Assembly: GCA_031288595.1 (NCBI GenBank) | Contig: JAITRB010000016.1 | Span: forward strand, 3,271 to 67,270 | DNA: 64,000 nt | From: Puniceicoccales bacterium | GTDB lineage: Bacteria; Verrucomicrobiota; Verrucomicrobiia; Opitutales; JAIRLG01 | Direction: 5' to 3' | Shown here: positions 52,336 through 62,195 of the stretch, piece by piece | How positions within the stretch are numbered: position 1 is the stretch's first letter | Layout: every line of letters begins with the position of its first letter | Made by a program: the position numbers and the translations under genes | The notes under the pieces: generated by a model | What the model saw: the letters and a program-made list of their open reading frames with translations, nothing else | The model's database searches: none | Told to the model about the DNA's origin: nothing

Positions 52336-54702
52336 CTAGAAGCCCGTGCTGAAGGAGAAATTGAACTGCATCGTGTGCCGCTTGGTTGTCTTCGCCCGAT
52401 GGGCGGGAAAGCCGAAGTCAAGGCGTAGAGGGGCTCCTCTGACGAGGATGCGCAGGCCAAATCCGTAGTCCATGTGGTAATTTTTCGGTCTCAGGTCGAA
52501 TTTCTTGGCATTGACATAGCCACATTCGCCGAAGACCGCGAATCTTATCGGCTCGAAGAGCTCGAGGGCATATTCGGCGCAGGTGTAGACCAGGGAGTTC
52601 CCGCCGATGACGTAGCCCTCTGCGTCCTGCGGCCCGATCTCCCGGGAGCCGAATCCCCGCATCTCGTCGCTGCCGCCGAGGAAGAATCGCTCGGTATAGG
52701 GGATGCGCCGGTGCCGAAAGGCGCTGAGGCTGCCGAAATGTCCCGAGAGTGAGAGCACCTGGGTACGCTTCGGATGCAGGAGGAAGCAGCGGGCAACCAT
52801 GGCCTCCAGGCGATGGAAGTGGGTGCTCCCTCCAAATATCCCTCCGGAAATCTCGTTGGTAATGCTGATGGCAGAACCCTGGGTAGGTAGGGAGAGATTA
52901 TCCCGAGTATCGCGCTCCAGCACGAAGCCGACGCGCGAAATCGAGCGTTGTCCGACGTCCTGCTTCAGCTCGAAGGGAGCCCGTTCCCTTACATCGCTGA
53001 TTTTCTGACGCTCGATCCGGTAGCTCAATTTCCCGCTCCAGTATTCCCAGAGGGCCTTGCGGAAATAGAGTTCGCTTCCCAGGTGCCGCTCGCGATAGGA
53101 CGGCCCATCGTAGTTGAAATCCGAGTTTTTGAATTGGTCTCGGGTGGCGAAGAGCTCGCAGCCGAAGGTGAGCTCACGATCGAAGAACCAGGGCTCCTCG
53201 AAGAGCACGGAGACCGAGGTATTTCTTGTCCCAAGCTGCAGGCGGGCATGGAACTTCTGACCAGCTCCCTGGAATCGGTTCCTGGGGCTGAAAAGGTCGA
53301 AATTGGACTGCGAGATATCCAGGAAGACGATGATGTTGTTGGCAGCACTGATGGCACCGCCGATGGAAGCTTTCCCCGTCGTCTTCTCCTTGACCTGAAT
53401 CGAGAGGTCTTTCTGGGTCAGCGAGTGGCAGTCCTGTGGGTGGATGTGGACATTTTCGAAAAAATGGGTGTTGCGCAAGCGCTGCTGGCTGATCCTCATC
53501 TTCACGGTATCCAAGGGATCACCTGGAGCCAGCGACAGCTCGCGCAGAATCACCTTGTTCTTCGTGCGCGTGTTGCCCTTGACCTGGATATCTCGCAGCG
53601 AGGTGGGAGAGCCCTCTTCGATCTCCAGCTTCACATCCATGGACCGCTTCTTCTCATCGGAAAGCGTCGACGTCAGGGAGACTTCGGTTTGCAGGTATCC
53701 CTTGGATCCATAGAGATCCTGGATCCGTTCCTGAGCGGCGTCGATGGCCGATGGTGAGTAGACCTGTCCCGAAACAAAACCCAGGGCACCTTGGAGCTCT
53801 TCGGCGGAAAATAGCTTCACCGTCGGCAGTGCTATGGAAGCGATCCTGTAGCGCTCCCCCCGATGGATGGGAATCGTGATCCGAAGACCTCCCTGGGGAC
53901 TGTACTGAAACTCGACCTCCTCCGGGTCGATGCGGACGTCGAGATAACCCCTGTTTCGAAACAACTCACGCAGGGTCTGAAGGTCCTGTTGGAATATCTC
54001 GTCGATGAAAATGCCTCGCCTGGTCAACCAGGAAAGGATATTCCAGGTCCTGGTCAACATTACTTGGCGGAGTTGCGAGGGCCTAAAGGGCTCCTGACCG
54101 GTGAAATCGATCTTTTGGATGCGGTACTTCAGTCCCTCCTCGATGAGAAAATGGACCTCGCGCTCCTGCTCCGGCAAAGCTTGATCTGCCTTCAGCGTTT
54201 GGAGCGAGAGATCGATGCGGTACTGAGCCTGGACGAAGGGGAATCCCTTTTCGCGGTAGAATTTCTGGATTTGCCGGGCATCTGCGTGGAGCCGGAATTC
54301 CTGGAGGCTCTGGCCGACCTTGGTCTGTATCTTTTTCAGAAGGGTCGAAGTGCTGATCTTCTTATTCCCCTCAAAGTGGAGGCTCTGGATCCTGGGAACG
54401 GCCTCGAGCTGGAAGCGGACGATGACCCCCTCTTCCGTTTCCTCGGCATCGACTCGAATGTCTGAGAAGAGCTGGGTCGCATAGAGCGAGCGGATGGAAT
54501 GGTCGGCCAGATGAGCCCGAAAGGGCTCGGCCTTCTTCAGCGCGACGTGGGCCAAGAGAAAGTCCCGATGGGCCCGAGGGGCGTGGCCCTGGAAGGAGAA
54601 CTCGATCTCCCGCACCGGATACCCTTCCGGATCCGCCAGGACTGCATGTCCGAGCAGCAACGAGGTACATAGGAAAAAATAAGCAGGTCGGTGGAATCTC
54701 AT
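52336..54702 (-). CDS. bamA: Outer membrane protein assembly factor BamA
   Basis: Has a signal peptide (MRFHRPAYFFLCTSLLLGHAVLA), repeated POTRA-like modules (I..I.F.GN......L) and a C-terminal Omp85 barrel ending FNFSFSTGF. I chose the start at ATG 54702, 4 nt after the dnaB stop. Confidence 0.87.
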   Translation of the reverse strand: MRFHRPAYFFLCTSLLLGHAVLADPEGYPVREIEFSFQGHAPRAHRDFLLAHVALKKAEPFRAHLADHSIRSLYATQLFSDIRVDAEETEEGVIVRFQLEAVPRIQSLHFEGNKKISTSTLLKKIQTKVGQSLQEFRLHADARQIQKFYREKGFPFVQAQYRIDLSLQTLKADQALPEQEREVHFLIEEGLKYRIQKIDFTGQEPFRPSQLRQVMLTRTWNILSWLTRRGIFIDEIFQQDLQTLRELFRNRGYLDVRIDPEEVEFQYSPQGGLRITIPIHRGERYRIASIALPTVKLFSAEELQGALGFVSGQVYSPSAIDAAQERIQDLYGSKGYLQTEVSLTSTLSDEKKRSMDVKLEIEEGSPTSLRDIQVKGNTRTKNKVILRELSLAPGDPLDTVKMRISQQRLRNTHFFENVHIHPQDCHSLTQKDLSIQVKEKTTGKASIGGAISAANNIIVFLDISQSNFDLFSPRNRFQGAGQKFHARLQLGTRNTSVSVLFEEPWFFDRELTFGCELFATRDQFKNSDFNYDGPSYRERHLGSELYFRKALWEYWSGKLSYRIERQKISDVRERAPFELKQDVGQRSISRVGFVLERDTRDNLSLPTQGSAISITNEISGGIFGGSTHFHRLEAMVARCFLLHPKRTQVLSLSGHFGSLSAFRHRRIPYTERFFLGGSDEMRGFGSREIGPQDAEGYVIGGNSLVYTCAEYALELFEPIRFAVFGECGYVNAKKFDLRPKNYHMDYGFGLRILVRGAPLRLDFGFPAHRAKTTKRHTMQFNFSFSTGF

Positions 54703-54706
54703 AAAA

Positions 54707-56101
54707 TTAGGACAGAAGGGCATTGCCAGCACTGAAGTTCTCGAATTTGGTCAAGCTTTTCCGGAAAGCAAGGTGGACGATACCGACGGGCCCGTTGCGC
54801 TGCTTGGCGATGATCAGCTCCCGTAGGGCGGTGTCGCTGGACATCTCTTCCGTTTCATCCTCCCCCTTTCGCTTGGACAGCAGCAGAACCACATCGGCAT
54901 CCTGTTCGATGGAGCCCGATTCGCGCAGGTCGGATAGCCGTGGCAGGCGCTTCTCCCGTTCCGTTTCTCGGTTAAGCTGGCTCAGGACTACGACCGGAAC
55001 GTTGAGCTCCTTGGCCATCGCCTTGATCCCGCGGGAGATCTCTGCTACCTGCTGCTCCCGCGGCGCCCGCGTATCGCCGCCGGCGATGAGCTGCAGGTAG
55101 TCGATGAGGATGAGTCCCAATCGATGCTTGTTGTAGAGCCGCCGTGCCTTGGCCCGCATCTCCAGAATCGTCATGCTGGCGGACTCGTCAATCCACAGCG
55201 GGGTGTTGCGGAAGGAGTTGATGACCTGATGGATCGCCGCCAGCCCTTCGCCGGATACCCGACCCTTCTTCAGTGCCGTCATGTCGACAGCGGACTGGCT
55301 GCAGAGCAGGCGTAAGGCCAGCTGGTCGGCGCTCATCTCCAGGCTGAAGAAGAGAGTGGGAATGCTCTTCTGCCCCTCCTTGTTCGGAAGAACCGCTGCT
55401 TGGGCAAAGCTCAGCGCCAGGCTCGTCTTGCCGAGGGAAGGTCGTGCCGCCAGGACGATCATCTCGGAAGGATGAAACCCGAAGGTCATGCGGTCGAGAT
55501 CGACAAAGCCGGAAGGAACCCCGGCGACCGCTCCCTTCCGCTCCAGCATCTGGTTGATGAGAGGCGCGACTCGGTCGACGGATCTCTGGATCGGAGTGAC
55601 TGTGTCGACGAGCCGATCCTGGCTGATGGCAAAGACAGAGTTTTCAAATCCTTCGAGGAAAGGAGCGACATCGTCGATGCCGGCGTAGGCTTTTTCTATG
55701 CCCTCGGTGGCGACGCGTATGACGCGTCGGACGAGCTCGAGGTCGCGTATCCGCTGGATGTAGTGGTGGATATGGGCCGGTGTGTCGATGCGGTTGAGGA
55801 TGGACTGGAGGTAGTCGTAGCCACCGATGGAGGCGAGCTCGCCCTGGGAGGAGAGCTTTTCGGCCAGTAGGAGCTCTGTGACCGGTTTTGCCTCGGTATA
55901 GAGCTGGTGGATGGCCTTGAAAATGGTCTGGTGGGCTGGCAGGTAGAAGGAATCCGGCGAGATGTGGGACTCCAGACAGAGCAGGAGGCTCTCCTGGCCA
56001 CCCTCCAGGAGGCAGCTGGCCAACAGGGCCTGCTCAAAATCGACGCTGTGAGGCGGCTCGCGCGATAGGCGCGGGGCGGAGGCTGTTTGGCTTCGGACCA
56101 T
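54707..56101 (-). CDS. dnaB: Replicative DNA helicase DnaB
   Basis: PPHSVDFEQALLASCLL matches the N-terminal domain. Walker A is AARPSLGKTSLAL, followed by LILIDYLQLI, ISRGIKAMAKELNVPVVVLSQLNR and the C-terminal IIAKQRNGP.G. Confidence 0.95.
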   Translation of the reverse strand: MVRSQTASAPRLSREPPHSVDFEQALLASCLLEGGQESLLLCLESHISPDSFYLPAHQTIFKAIHQLYTEAKPVTELLLAEKLSSQGELASIGGYDYLQSILNRIDTPAHIHHYIQRIRDLELVRRVIRVATEGIEKAYAGIDDVAPFLEGFENSVFAISQDRLVDTVTPIQRSVDRVAPLINQMLERKGAVAGVPSGFVDLDRMTFGFHPSEMIVLAARPSLGKTSLALSFAQAAVLPNKEGQKSIPTLFFSLEMSADQLALRLLCSQSAVDMTALKKGRVSGEGLAAIHQVINSFRNTPLWIDESASMTILEMRAKARRLYNKHRLGLILIDYLQLIAGGDTRAPREQQVAEISRGIKAMAKELNVPVVVLSQLNRETEREKRLPRLSDLRESGSIEQDADVVLLLSKRKGEDETEEMSSDTALRELIIAKQRNGPVGIVHLAFRKSLTKFENFSAGNALLS

Positions 56102-56234
56102 GGAAATATCGGAGGACGATTAGCTTTCGAAATACTTTTTCAAATGAAATTTTCCATGGGGCTTTCTTGGCGCCGGTTTTCCGGCAGAAGCTTCTCTTGC
56201 CGAGATGGGATCAGCGTTGTGGGGCGTTGGGCTC

Positions 56235-56342
56235 GGCCGCCTTTGCGGCGAAAAAACAAAAAGGTATTTTTGTTTTTCCACCGCGGCCCACAGCGCGGCC
56301 CCGCGCCGCGGGCCAGAGCCCCGGAGGGGCTCAAAGGCGGCC
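56235..56342. repeat. Cloverleaf-like intergenic palindromic element, copy 10
   Basis: Outer stem ggccgcctttg / caaaggcggcc. Hairpins: aaaaacaaaaa-ggta-tttttgttttt; a GC-rich central hairpin; gagcccc-gga-ggggctc. Lies between the hppA stop and the dnaB start. Hairpin order is inverted relative to copies 7 and 12. Confidence 0.8.
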
Positions 56343-56449
56343 CAAAATACGCTCCTTTCAACCCAAAGGCCCAAGAGGTCGAGGGGCCCCTCCAGAAGGT
56401 AGCGAGGGGAGAAGATGGAATACCCTTCGGACTACTTCCCTCGAAAAGC

Positions 56450-58642
56450 CTACTTCAAGCAGACCCGGCCAATGCTGAGGCCGACGCTGACGATGGCGAT
56501 CATGCTCATGAGCTTGATCAGTATGTTGAGGCTGGGCCCCGAAGTATCTTTGAAGGGATCGCCGATGGTGTCGCCGATGATGGCCGATTTATGAGCCGGG
56601 GATCCCTTGCCCCCGTAGGCCCCCTCCTCGATGTACTTCTTGGCATTGTCCCAGGCTCCGCCGGAATTGGCCATGAAGATGGCCAGGACGAAGCCGGTGG
56701 ACAGGGCCCCGCTCAGGAGGCCCAGCACACCTGGGACACCGAACACATAGCCCATGATGATGGGCACGAGGACGGCGCTCAGCGAGGGAATGATCATTTC
56801 CTTCTGGGCTGCCCGGGTGGAAATGGTGACGCAGCTGGCATAATCTGGCGGGCTCTTGCCCTCGAGAATACCGGCAATTTCCCGAAATTGCCGGCGCACC
56901 TCATTGACTATGCTCGCGGCCGCGCGGCCGACGGCATTGATGGTCAGCCCGCAGAAGAGAAAGGCCATCATAGAACCGACGAATAGCCCCAGCAGGACAT
57001 GAGGATTCATGAGCTGCACATCGTAGAGCTGCATGAAATCACTCAGTGTGGCCTGAGCAGTAGGTACCAGATGGTGCCCACAGGAGAGAAGATGATGGCC
57101 TGACTGGATCAGATGGACCCGAATGCCCTCCACGTAGGACGCCATAAGGGCCAGGGCCGTGAGAGCGGCCGAGCCGATGGCAAAGCCTTTACCGGTGGCG
57201 GCGGTCGTATTGCCCAGCGCGTCGAGGGCATCTGTTCGCCGGCGAACCTCGGGCGAGAGCTGACTCATCTCGGCATTGCCACCGGCGTTGTCCGCAATGG
57301 GGCCGTAGGCATCGGTGGCCAGCGTAATGCCTAGGGTGGAGAGCATGCCGACGGCGGCGATGCTGATCCCAAAGAGCCCCAGGGCAATCTCCTTTGGATT
57401 GAACTGGGAGGCGAAGCCGAAGGCGAGGGCGGTGCCGATGACAATCGCCGTTACCGGAATGACGGTCGAGATCATGCCGATGCCGATGCCGCTGATGACG
57501 CCGGTGGCGGCACTGGTCGAGGCCTGTTGCGCGATGCACCGGGTCGGTCGGTAGGCCTGAGAAGTGTAGTATTCGGAGGACTTCCCGATCACTTCGCCGG
57601 TGATCAGTCCGACGACGATGGCGCCCCACAGCCCGAGGTAATTGGGAATTTGGAGAAAATAGAGCAGGACGAAAGACAGGGCGAAGATCAGAATGGCCGT
57701 GAGGCGAATTCCACGGTTGAGGGACCGGAGTAACCCGCACATATCGGCATTTTCCCTGGTGCGGACGGAAAAAATGCCTCCGATGGAGAGCAGACTGCCC
57801 AGTGCCCCGATGAGGGCGGGCAGAAGCGTGGCTTTGACTTGGATCGCTGCATCGTAGGAATAGAAGGCAGCTGCCCCCAGAGCAGTGGCAGCCAGGATGG
57901 AACCGTAAAAGGATTCGTAGAGATCGGCCCCCATACCGGCCACGTCGCCGACGTTGTCCCCCACATTGTCTGCGATGGCGGCTGGATTTCTCGGATCATC
58001 TTCCGGAATATTCACCTCCATCTTCCCGACCAGGTCCGCCCCCACGTCGGCCGCCTTGGTGAAAATGCCCCCGCCGACCCGAGCGAAGAGAGCCTGCAGC
58101 GAGGTGCCGATGCCGAAGGTCAGCATCGTGCTCGTCACGGCGAGCAGCTTCTGCTGCTGGCTGTTGGCATCCAGGAAGCAGTGAAGGAGAAAGAACCAGA
58201 GGGAATAGTCGAGCAGGCCGAGGCCGACCACCACCAATCCCATGACGGCCCCGCTGCGAAAGGCGATGCGCAGGGCATCATTCAGAGACTGGGAGGCGGC
58301 GAAGGCGGTACGGGCGGAGGCCTGGGTGGCGGTGCGCATACCGAGAAATCCAGCCAGAGAGGAGAAAAATCCGGCGGAGAGGAAGGCGAAGGGCAAGCAT
58401 CGGTTCTGCAGGTTCAGGCCATAGCAGAGGTAGCTGAGGAGAATGGCCAGAAGCAGGAAGATGAAGCCGACAACCTTATATTGCTGGCGCAGGTAAGCCA
58501 TCGCCCCCTGGCGGATAGAACTGGCGATAGCCTGCATTTTTTCCGAACCCATCGGGTAGTTCATCATCTGCCGGAAGAAGCCACGGGCTGTCACCAGAGC
58601 GATGAACGAGGCCAGCGGGATGAACCAGAATAGTAAATCCAT
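56450..58642 (-). CDS. hppA: Membrane-bound proton/sodium-translocating pyrophosphatase
   Basis: A polytopic protein with H+-PPase signatures GGIFTKAADVGADLVGK, DNVGDNVGD, DAYGPIADNAGG, GNTTAATGKGFAIGSAAL and AWDNAKKYIE. I chose the start at ATG 58642 (MDLLFW); the track ORF from 59068 runs through repeat copy 11. Confidence 0.92.
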   Translation of the reverse strand: MDLLFWFIPLASFIALVTARGFFRQMMNYPMGSEKMQAIASSIRQGAMAYLRQQYKVVGFIFLLLAILLSYLCYGLNLQNRCLPFAFLSAGFFSSLAGFLGMRTATQASARTAFAASQSLNDALRIAFRSGAVMGLVVVGLGLLDYSLWFFLLHCFLDANSQQQKLLAVTSTMLTFGIGTSLQALFARVGGGIFTKAADVGADLVGKMEVNIPEDDPRNPAAIADNVGDNVGDVAGMGADLYESFYGSILAATALGAAAFYSYDAAIQVKATLLPALIGALGSLLSIGGIFSVRTRENADMCGLLRSLNRGIRLTAILIFALSFVLLYFLQIPNYLGLWGAIVVGLITGEVIGKSSEYYTSQAYRPTRCIAQQASTSAATGVISGIGIGMISTVIPVTAIVIGTALAFGFASQFNPKEIALGLFGISIAAVGMLSTLGITLATDAYGPIADNAGGNAEMSQLSPEVRRRTDALDALGNTTAATGKGFAIGSAALTALALMASYVEGIRVHLIQSGHHLLSCGHHLVPTAQATLSDFMQLYDVQLMNPHVLLGLFVGSMMAFLFCGLTINAVGRAAASIVNEVRRQFREIAGILEGKSPPDYASCVTISTRAAQKEMIIPSLSAVLVPIIMGYVFGVPGVLGLLSGALSTGFVLAIFMANSGGAWDNAKKYIEEGAYGGKGSPAHKSAIIGDTIGDPFKDTSGPSLNILIKLMSMIAIVSVGLSIGRVCLK

Positions 58643-58845
58643 AGACAGGTGAAAAGATGATCGATTTGCGGGCCTTCTTCTCCCAAGCAATTCGGGCCCG
58701 ACATCTCCCATTAAAAAGGCGTGAAAAGAGGAGGGCAAACGAAAAATGGGATTTGGAGCAGTATGGGGAGATTTTAGTCCCATTGTGAGCTTTTGTCCTT
58801 CTGGGGAATGTGGGGTTGAAGGGGAATGGGTTGTGGTCTGGGTTC

Positions 58846-58932
58846 CCCGCCGTCTTTGCCCCATGAAAATCTTGATTTTCATGGGGATGCCCGCTCCGCG
58901 GGCTGATCCCTTTGGGATCCAAAGACGGCGGG
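58846..58932. repeat. Cloverleaf-like intergenic palindromic element, copy 11
   Basis: Outer stem cccgccgtctttg / caaagacggcggg. Hairpins: ccccatgaaaat-cttg-attttcatgggg; gcccgc-tcc-gcgggc; gatccc-ttt-gggatc. Lies between the divergent hppA and histidine kinase starts. It is a close sequence relative of copy 13. Confidence 0.88.
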
Positions 58933-59148
58933 GGCCAACGAGACCTCGGGCGGTGCGGGTAACAGTTCCCTTCCGGATTCCGGAAAAATGTCCGGATTCC
59001 ATTGTAAAAAAAAAGTGTACTCTTGGAAAAATTCGTACATTTTTAATGAAATGGCGCATTCTCCGCATCGAAGAACGCCATTTTCCTCGCTTAAACCATG
59101 AAAGATGCGTCGGAACCGGGCCGCCGCCGGGCCTGAGAAAAGGGCCTA

Positions 59149-60354
59149 TTGGGCATCGGTATTGCCATGCGCACCTATTCCCCTCTTATCCCGAACAGTT
59201 TAACCACAGGGTTCTGTGATGGAGTCTCCTCGGAGCGCTTTAAAGAGCTCCTTCCGATCCCCACCTTGCTCACGGATGCGCAGGGACGGATCCTCCAGGC
59301 CAACAGGGCAGCCCAGCATTTTCTCGGCTATACGGGAAATTCTCTAGATGATCTGAAGCTGGAGCAGCTGGTCTTTCGATACGGAGTTCTGAAACGGACC
59401 CTGCAGCGCGAACCGAAAGCCACGGATAGCTGGAAATTGCCGCTGAAGTTCCGACATGCGCAGGGGCAGCTGTTGAGCACGGAAACGATGATCGTTCGGG
59501 AGAGTGCTCTAGAGGATGGGCGGATGGGCTTCTATATCTGGGATATGCGGGATATGCAGAAAAAAGCCAGGGCCCTGAAGGCAAAATGGCAGAGAGCGGA
59601 GCAGGCCAACCAGACCAAGAGCCTCTTCGTCAGCCTGATCTCCCACGAATTTCGCACGCCCATGGCCTCGATCCAGGCTGCAGCGGAACTCCTGAGAAAT
59701 TACGGCGAGCGCTTCTCACCGGAAGAGCGCCAGGAGCAGCTGCGCCAGATCAGCGTCGATATCTTCCGCATGTCCCAGATGATGGACGATGTCCTGCTCC
59801 TGGGCAAAATACAGAACCAACAACTGAGCTTTAGAGCGACGCTCGTCGACCCGCTGACGCTTTGTCAGGACGCGATCCAGTTCGTCCAGCCCCGCGGTGG
59901 GCAATCCCGGGTCCTCATCATGGTCTCGGGAAAATTTCCTCCCATATGCTCCCTCGATCCTTCGCTCTTCCGCCACATCCTGATCAATCTGCTGAGCAAT
60001 GCGCTGAAGTATTCCCCTCCGGACTCAAAGGTAACGCTGTCCCTGCGCCGCGACCGTCAGGACCTGATCCTGGAAGTGGTCGACAAGGGGATTGGGATTC
60101 CACCAGAAGATCATGGCAAGATATTTCATCTCTTCCATCGGGGAAACAATGTCGGGATGGTCAAGGGGATCGGCGTGGGGATGTTCATGCTGAAGTACTG
60201 CGTGGAGCTGCACCGCGGTAAGATCGCCTTCAAGTCGACGCTGGGAGTCGGGACGACATTTCAGGTGAGACTGCCGGTAGGCCTTCAGGGGAAGAAGGGA
60301 AAGAGCAGCCTCGCCGAGGAGACTCCCATCCACCCCGTCAACGTGCTCCGCTAG
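59149..60354 (+). CDS. Sensor histidine kinase (PAS + HisKA + HATPase_c), cytoplasmic
   Basis: Has a PAS-like N-terminus (TDAQGRILQANRAAQHFLGYT), the H-box SLISHEFRTPM, the N-box NLLSNALKYS and the G-boxes VDKGIGIP / GIGVGMF. There is no adjacent response regulator. The start codon is uncertain. Confidence 0.8.
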   Translation: MGIGIAMRTYSPLIPNSLTTGFCDGVSSERFKELLPIPTLLTDAQGRILQANRAAQHFLGYTGNSLDDLKLEQLVFRYGVLKRTLQREPKATDSWKLPLKFRHAQGQLLSTETMIVRESALEDGRMGFYIWDMRDMQKKARALKAKWQRAEQANQTKSLFVSLISHEFRTPMASIQAAAELLRNYGERFSPEERQEQLRQISVDIFRMSQMMDDVLLLGKIQNQQLSFRATLVDPLTLCQDAIQFVQPRGGQSRVLIMVSGKFPPICSLDPSLFRHILINLLSNALKYSPPDSKVTLSLRRDRQDLILEVVDKGIGIPPEDHGKIFHLFHRGNNVGMVKGIGVGMFMLKYCVELHRGKIAFKSTLGVGTTFQVRLPVGLQGKKGKSSLAEETPIHPVNVLR

Positions 60355-60392
60355 AGGAAGGAGAGGCTCGAGGGAGCGTAGGGACGAGGACT

Positions 60393-60791
60393 TCAGAGCC
60401 GACAGGCCAGGATTTCCAGCCAGGCAGCTGGTGGACGGACAGCACCGCCGCCCTTGCGGGCAAAGGCGTGGCGGGAACTGCCATCGAAGAGCCGCTGACC
60501 CTGGCGCTCGATGCGGTAAAAGATCTCCACCCGCGAGCGGGGCATTTCTCGGATCACGGCCCAGACGGACAATCGGTCGTCGAAATGCGCCGAAGCGCGG
60601 TACTTGCCCTGCAGTTCGATCACGGGGAAATGGAAACCCTCTGCTTGGACGCGGGTATAGGGATAGCCTATGGCTTCCATCAGTGCGAGGCGCGCCACCT
60701 CGCACCAGGCCCAGTAATGCGCGTGGTGCACGACTCCCATCTGGTCCGTCTCAACGAAGCGCACCCGAATTTCGACACAGTGTTCGATCAC
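60393..60791 (-). CDS. Acyl-CoA thioesterase, 4HBT/YbgC family (hotdog fold)
   Basis: VRFVETDQMGVVHHAHYWAWCEVAR contains the catalytic Asp in the 4HBT N-terminal motif. Length is 132 aa. Confidence 0.7.
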   Translation of the reverse strand: MIEHCVEIRVRFVETDQMGVVHHAHYWAWCEVARLALMEAIGYPYTRVQAEGFHFPVIELQGKYRASAHFDDRLSVWAVIREMPRSRVEIFYRIERQGQRLFDGSSRHAFARKGGGAVRPPAAWLEILACRL

Positions 60792-61044
60792 GGATTCAGG
60801 ACTGGAAAAATTTTTCCCTAGGGCAAGCTTTCATCTTTCGGTATGGGACTCGCGCGCTCCTCAATGAGCGCCTCAATCCCCTGCGCCGAGGAATTTCCTG
60901 TGTTTTCGAGAGAGAGGATGAAGGATTCATGCTTTCTCCGTCGGCACTGGGCAGGCGAGCTTTTCAAAGACTTCCTTGAGCTCCTGCGTCGGGGAATTTC
61001 TCGTGTTTGTGAGAAAAGGTGAAGGGGGTGTTCGCTCTTAAGTC

Positions 61045-61857
61045 CTATGGATTGGGGCTCGGCGCTCCGCCACCGGGTGGCTTACCCTTCCCAGAAGCTC
61101 CGGGCCCTCCAGAAATTCTGCCGGTGTCAGCTGGACTCTGCTTGGCTTGGGCAGTCGGCGCGTCGAAGGAATGGGCGTGTTTTTGGAGATAGATGAAGAG
61201 CTGTGTCTTATCTTCGAACTGAAAATGGAACCCCTGAGGGCTTTCTCTCCTATTGCGGTTATTCACGACGGGCTGAAGCGTGAGGTCCCATTTGTCGCTG
61301 TCGAAGCTGTAGTAGGCGTAGCGGAAGTCGGTGCAATGGCGGAAGAGGGTGACTTTGCCGCTGGATTTCTCGCCCGAAGAGGCTTGGCTGGGCCTGCTGA
61401 AGGATCTGCCGGTTGAAGGCGAATTTTCCAGTTGGTAGTGCAAGCGCACCCGCCGTTTCTTCTCGTCGTACTCCAGGTGGTACTTGATGAATTTCCCATG
61501 CGGGTTGGCGATAAAGGGCGGCGTGCTGAAGTTCCACCAGTAGAGGCAATAGGCCCCCCATATTCCCGGATGCTCCTCGAAGTAGGGCTTTGCTGCCTGT
61601 GGGGGTAGGCTCTTCAAACGGGTGGTATACATCCCATCCAGGCGGATATAGGATTCCCGCAGGCTGTTCTCCAAAAACTTTTTCGCGACGACCACGCCTT
61701 CCTTTTCCCAGTCCGGTACGGCCTCCCGTTCCCAGAGCTCGACGAAGGTGGTCATCAGGGAGACTGAGGCTAGCAGAACGCTGCCGCTCAGCGCTAGGGC
61801 CAGCAGCATTTCGATCAGCGAGAAGGCGTTCCGTCTCACGGGAAGATTTTTATTCAC
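61045..61857 (-). CDS. Prepilin-type N-terminal methylation-domain protein (T2SS/T4P minor pseudopilin-like)
   Basis: The N-terminus RRNAFSLIEMLLALALSGSVLLASVSLM is a pilin-like leader plus hydrophobic helix. The C-terminal tail is Gly/Pro-rich. There are no neighbouring secretion or pilus genes. Confidence 0.6.
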   Translation of the reverse strand: MNKNLPVRRNAFSLIEMLLALALSGSVLLASVSLMTTFVELWEREAVPDWEKEGVVVAKKFLENSLRESYIRLDGMYTTRLKSLPPQAAKPYFEEHPGIWGAYCLYWWNFSTPPFIANPHGKFIKYHLEYDEKKRRVRLHYQLENSPSTGRSFSRPSQASSGEKSSGKVTLFRHCTDFRYAYYSFDSDKWDLTLQPVVNNRNRRESPQGFHFQFEDKTQLFIYLQKHAHSFDAPTAQAKQSPADTGRISGGPGASGKGKPPGGGAPSPNP

Positions 61858-62032
61858 ATTTCCTTAACTGTCAACGCAGCGCATCGCTGTGCTCGGCCAC
61901 CGAAGCCAAGAAATCTCCATGGGCTCCCTCGAGGCTAAGCCTTCTGGATCTCCAATTTCCCCAGGGAACTTGGGGCCAGTGATCCTCTCCGAGGATAACA
62001 GTGGGGCTGGAGAGAGGTATTTGCGCTCGGCG

Positions 62033-62131
62033 GCCGCCTTTGGGGCCCTTCGGGCCCAGCCCGCCCTGCGGGCGGGCTCCGGGGCAGGACAATGAAAGAG
62101 ATCTTTCATTGTCCTGCCCCGCAAAGGCGGC
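62033..62131. repeat. Cloverleaf-like intergenic palindromic element, copy 12
   Basis: Outer stem gccgcctttg / caaaggcggc. Hairpins: gggccc-ttc-gggccc; agcccgcc-ctgcg-ggcgggct; an 18-bp ggggcaggacaatgaaag-agat-ctttcattgtcctgcccc. Ends 64 nt downstream of the rnc stop (minus strand). Confidence 0.85.
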
Positions 62132-62195
62132 ATGAGGAAATGCAGAAGCTCCGATCCCGCGAATCAGCCCTCGGGTCATCGAAGTTCACCAGGAG

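Noticed and set aside
56450..59068. Long 5'-extended start codons offered by the ORF track: hppA from 59068, yidC from 10937, the pilin-like gene from 17827, the kinase from 5032, bamA from 54732 and infA from 19736
   Set aside because: The extensions run through cloverleaf repeats or neighbouring genes and add non-homologous, low-complexity N-termini. Internal ATGs restore canonical N-termini (MDLLFW, MDRKSFF, MKGRMEHRGFSLMELL, MKAPYK, MRFHRP, MSEDF).
60800..61044. Possible small gene between the thioesterase and the pseudopilin-like gene. The minus-strand frame ends ...ELKEVFEKLACPVPTEKA, and there is also a 37-aa basic ORF.
   Set aside because: The first frame has no start codon after the upstream in-frame stop. 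The second is short, Arg-rich and has no RBS. There is not enough evidence to call either.
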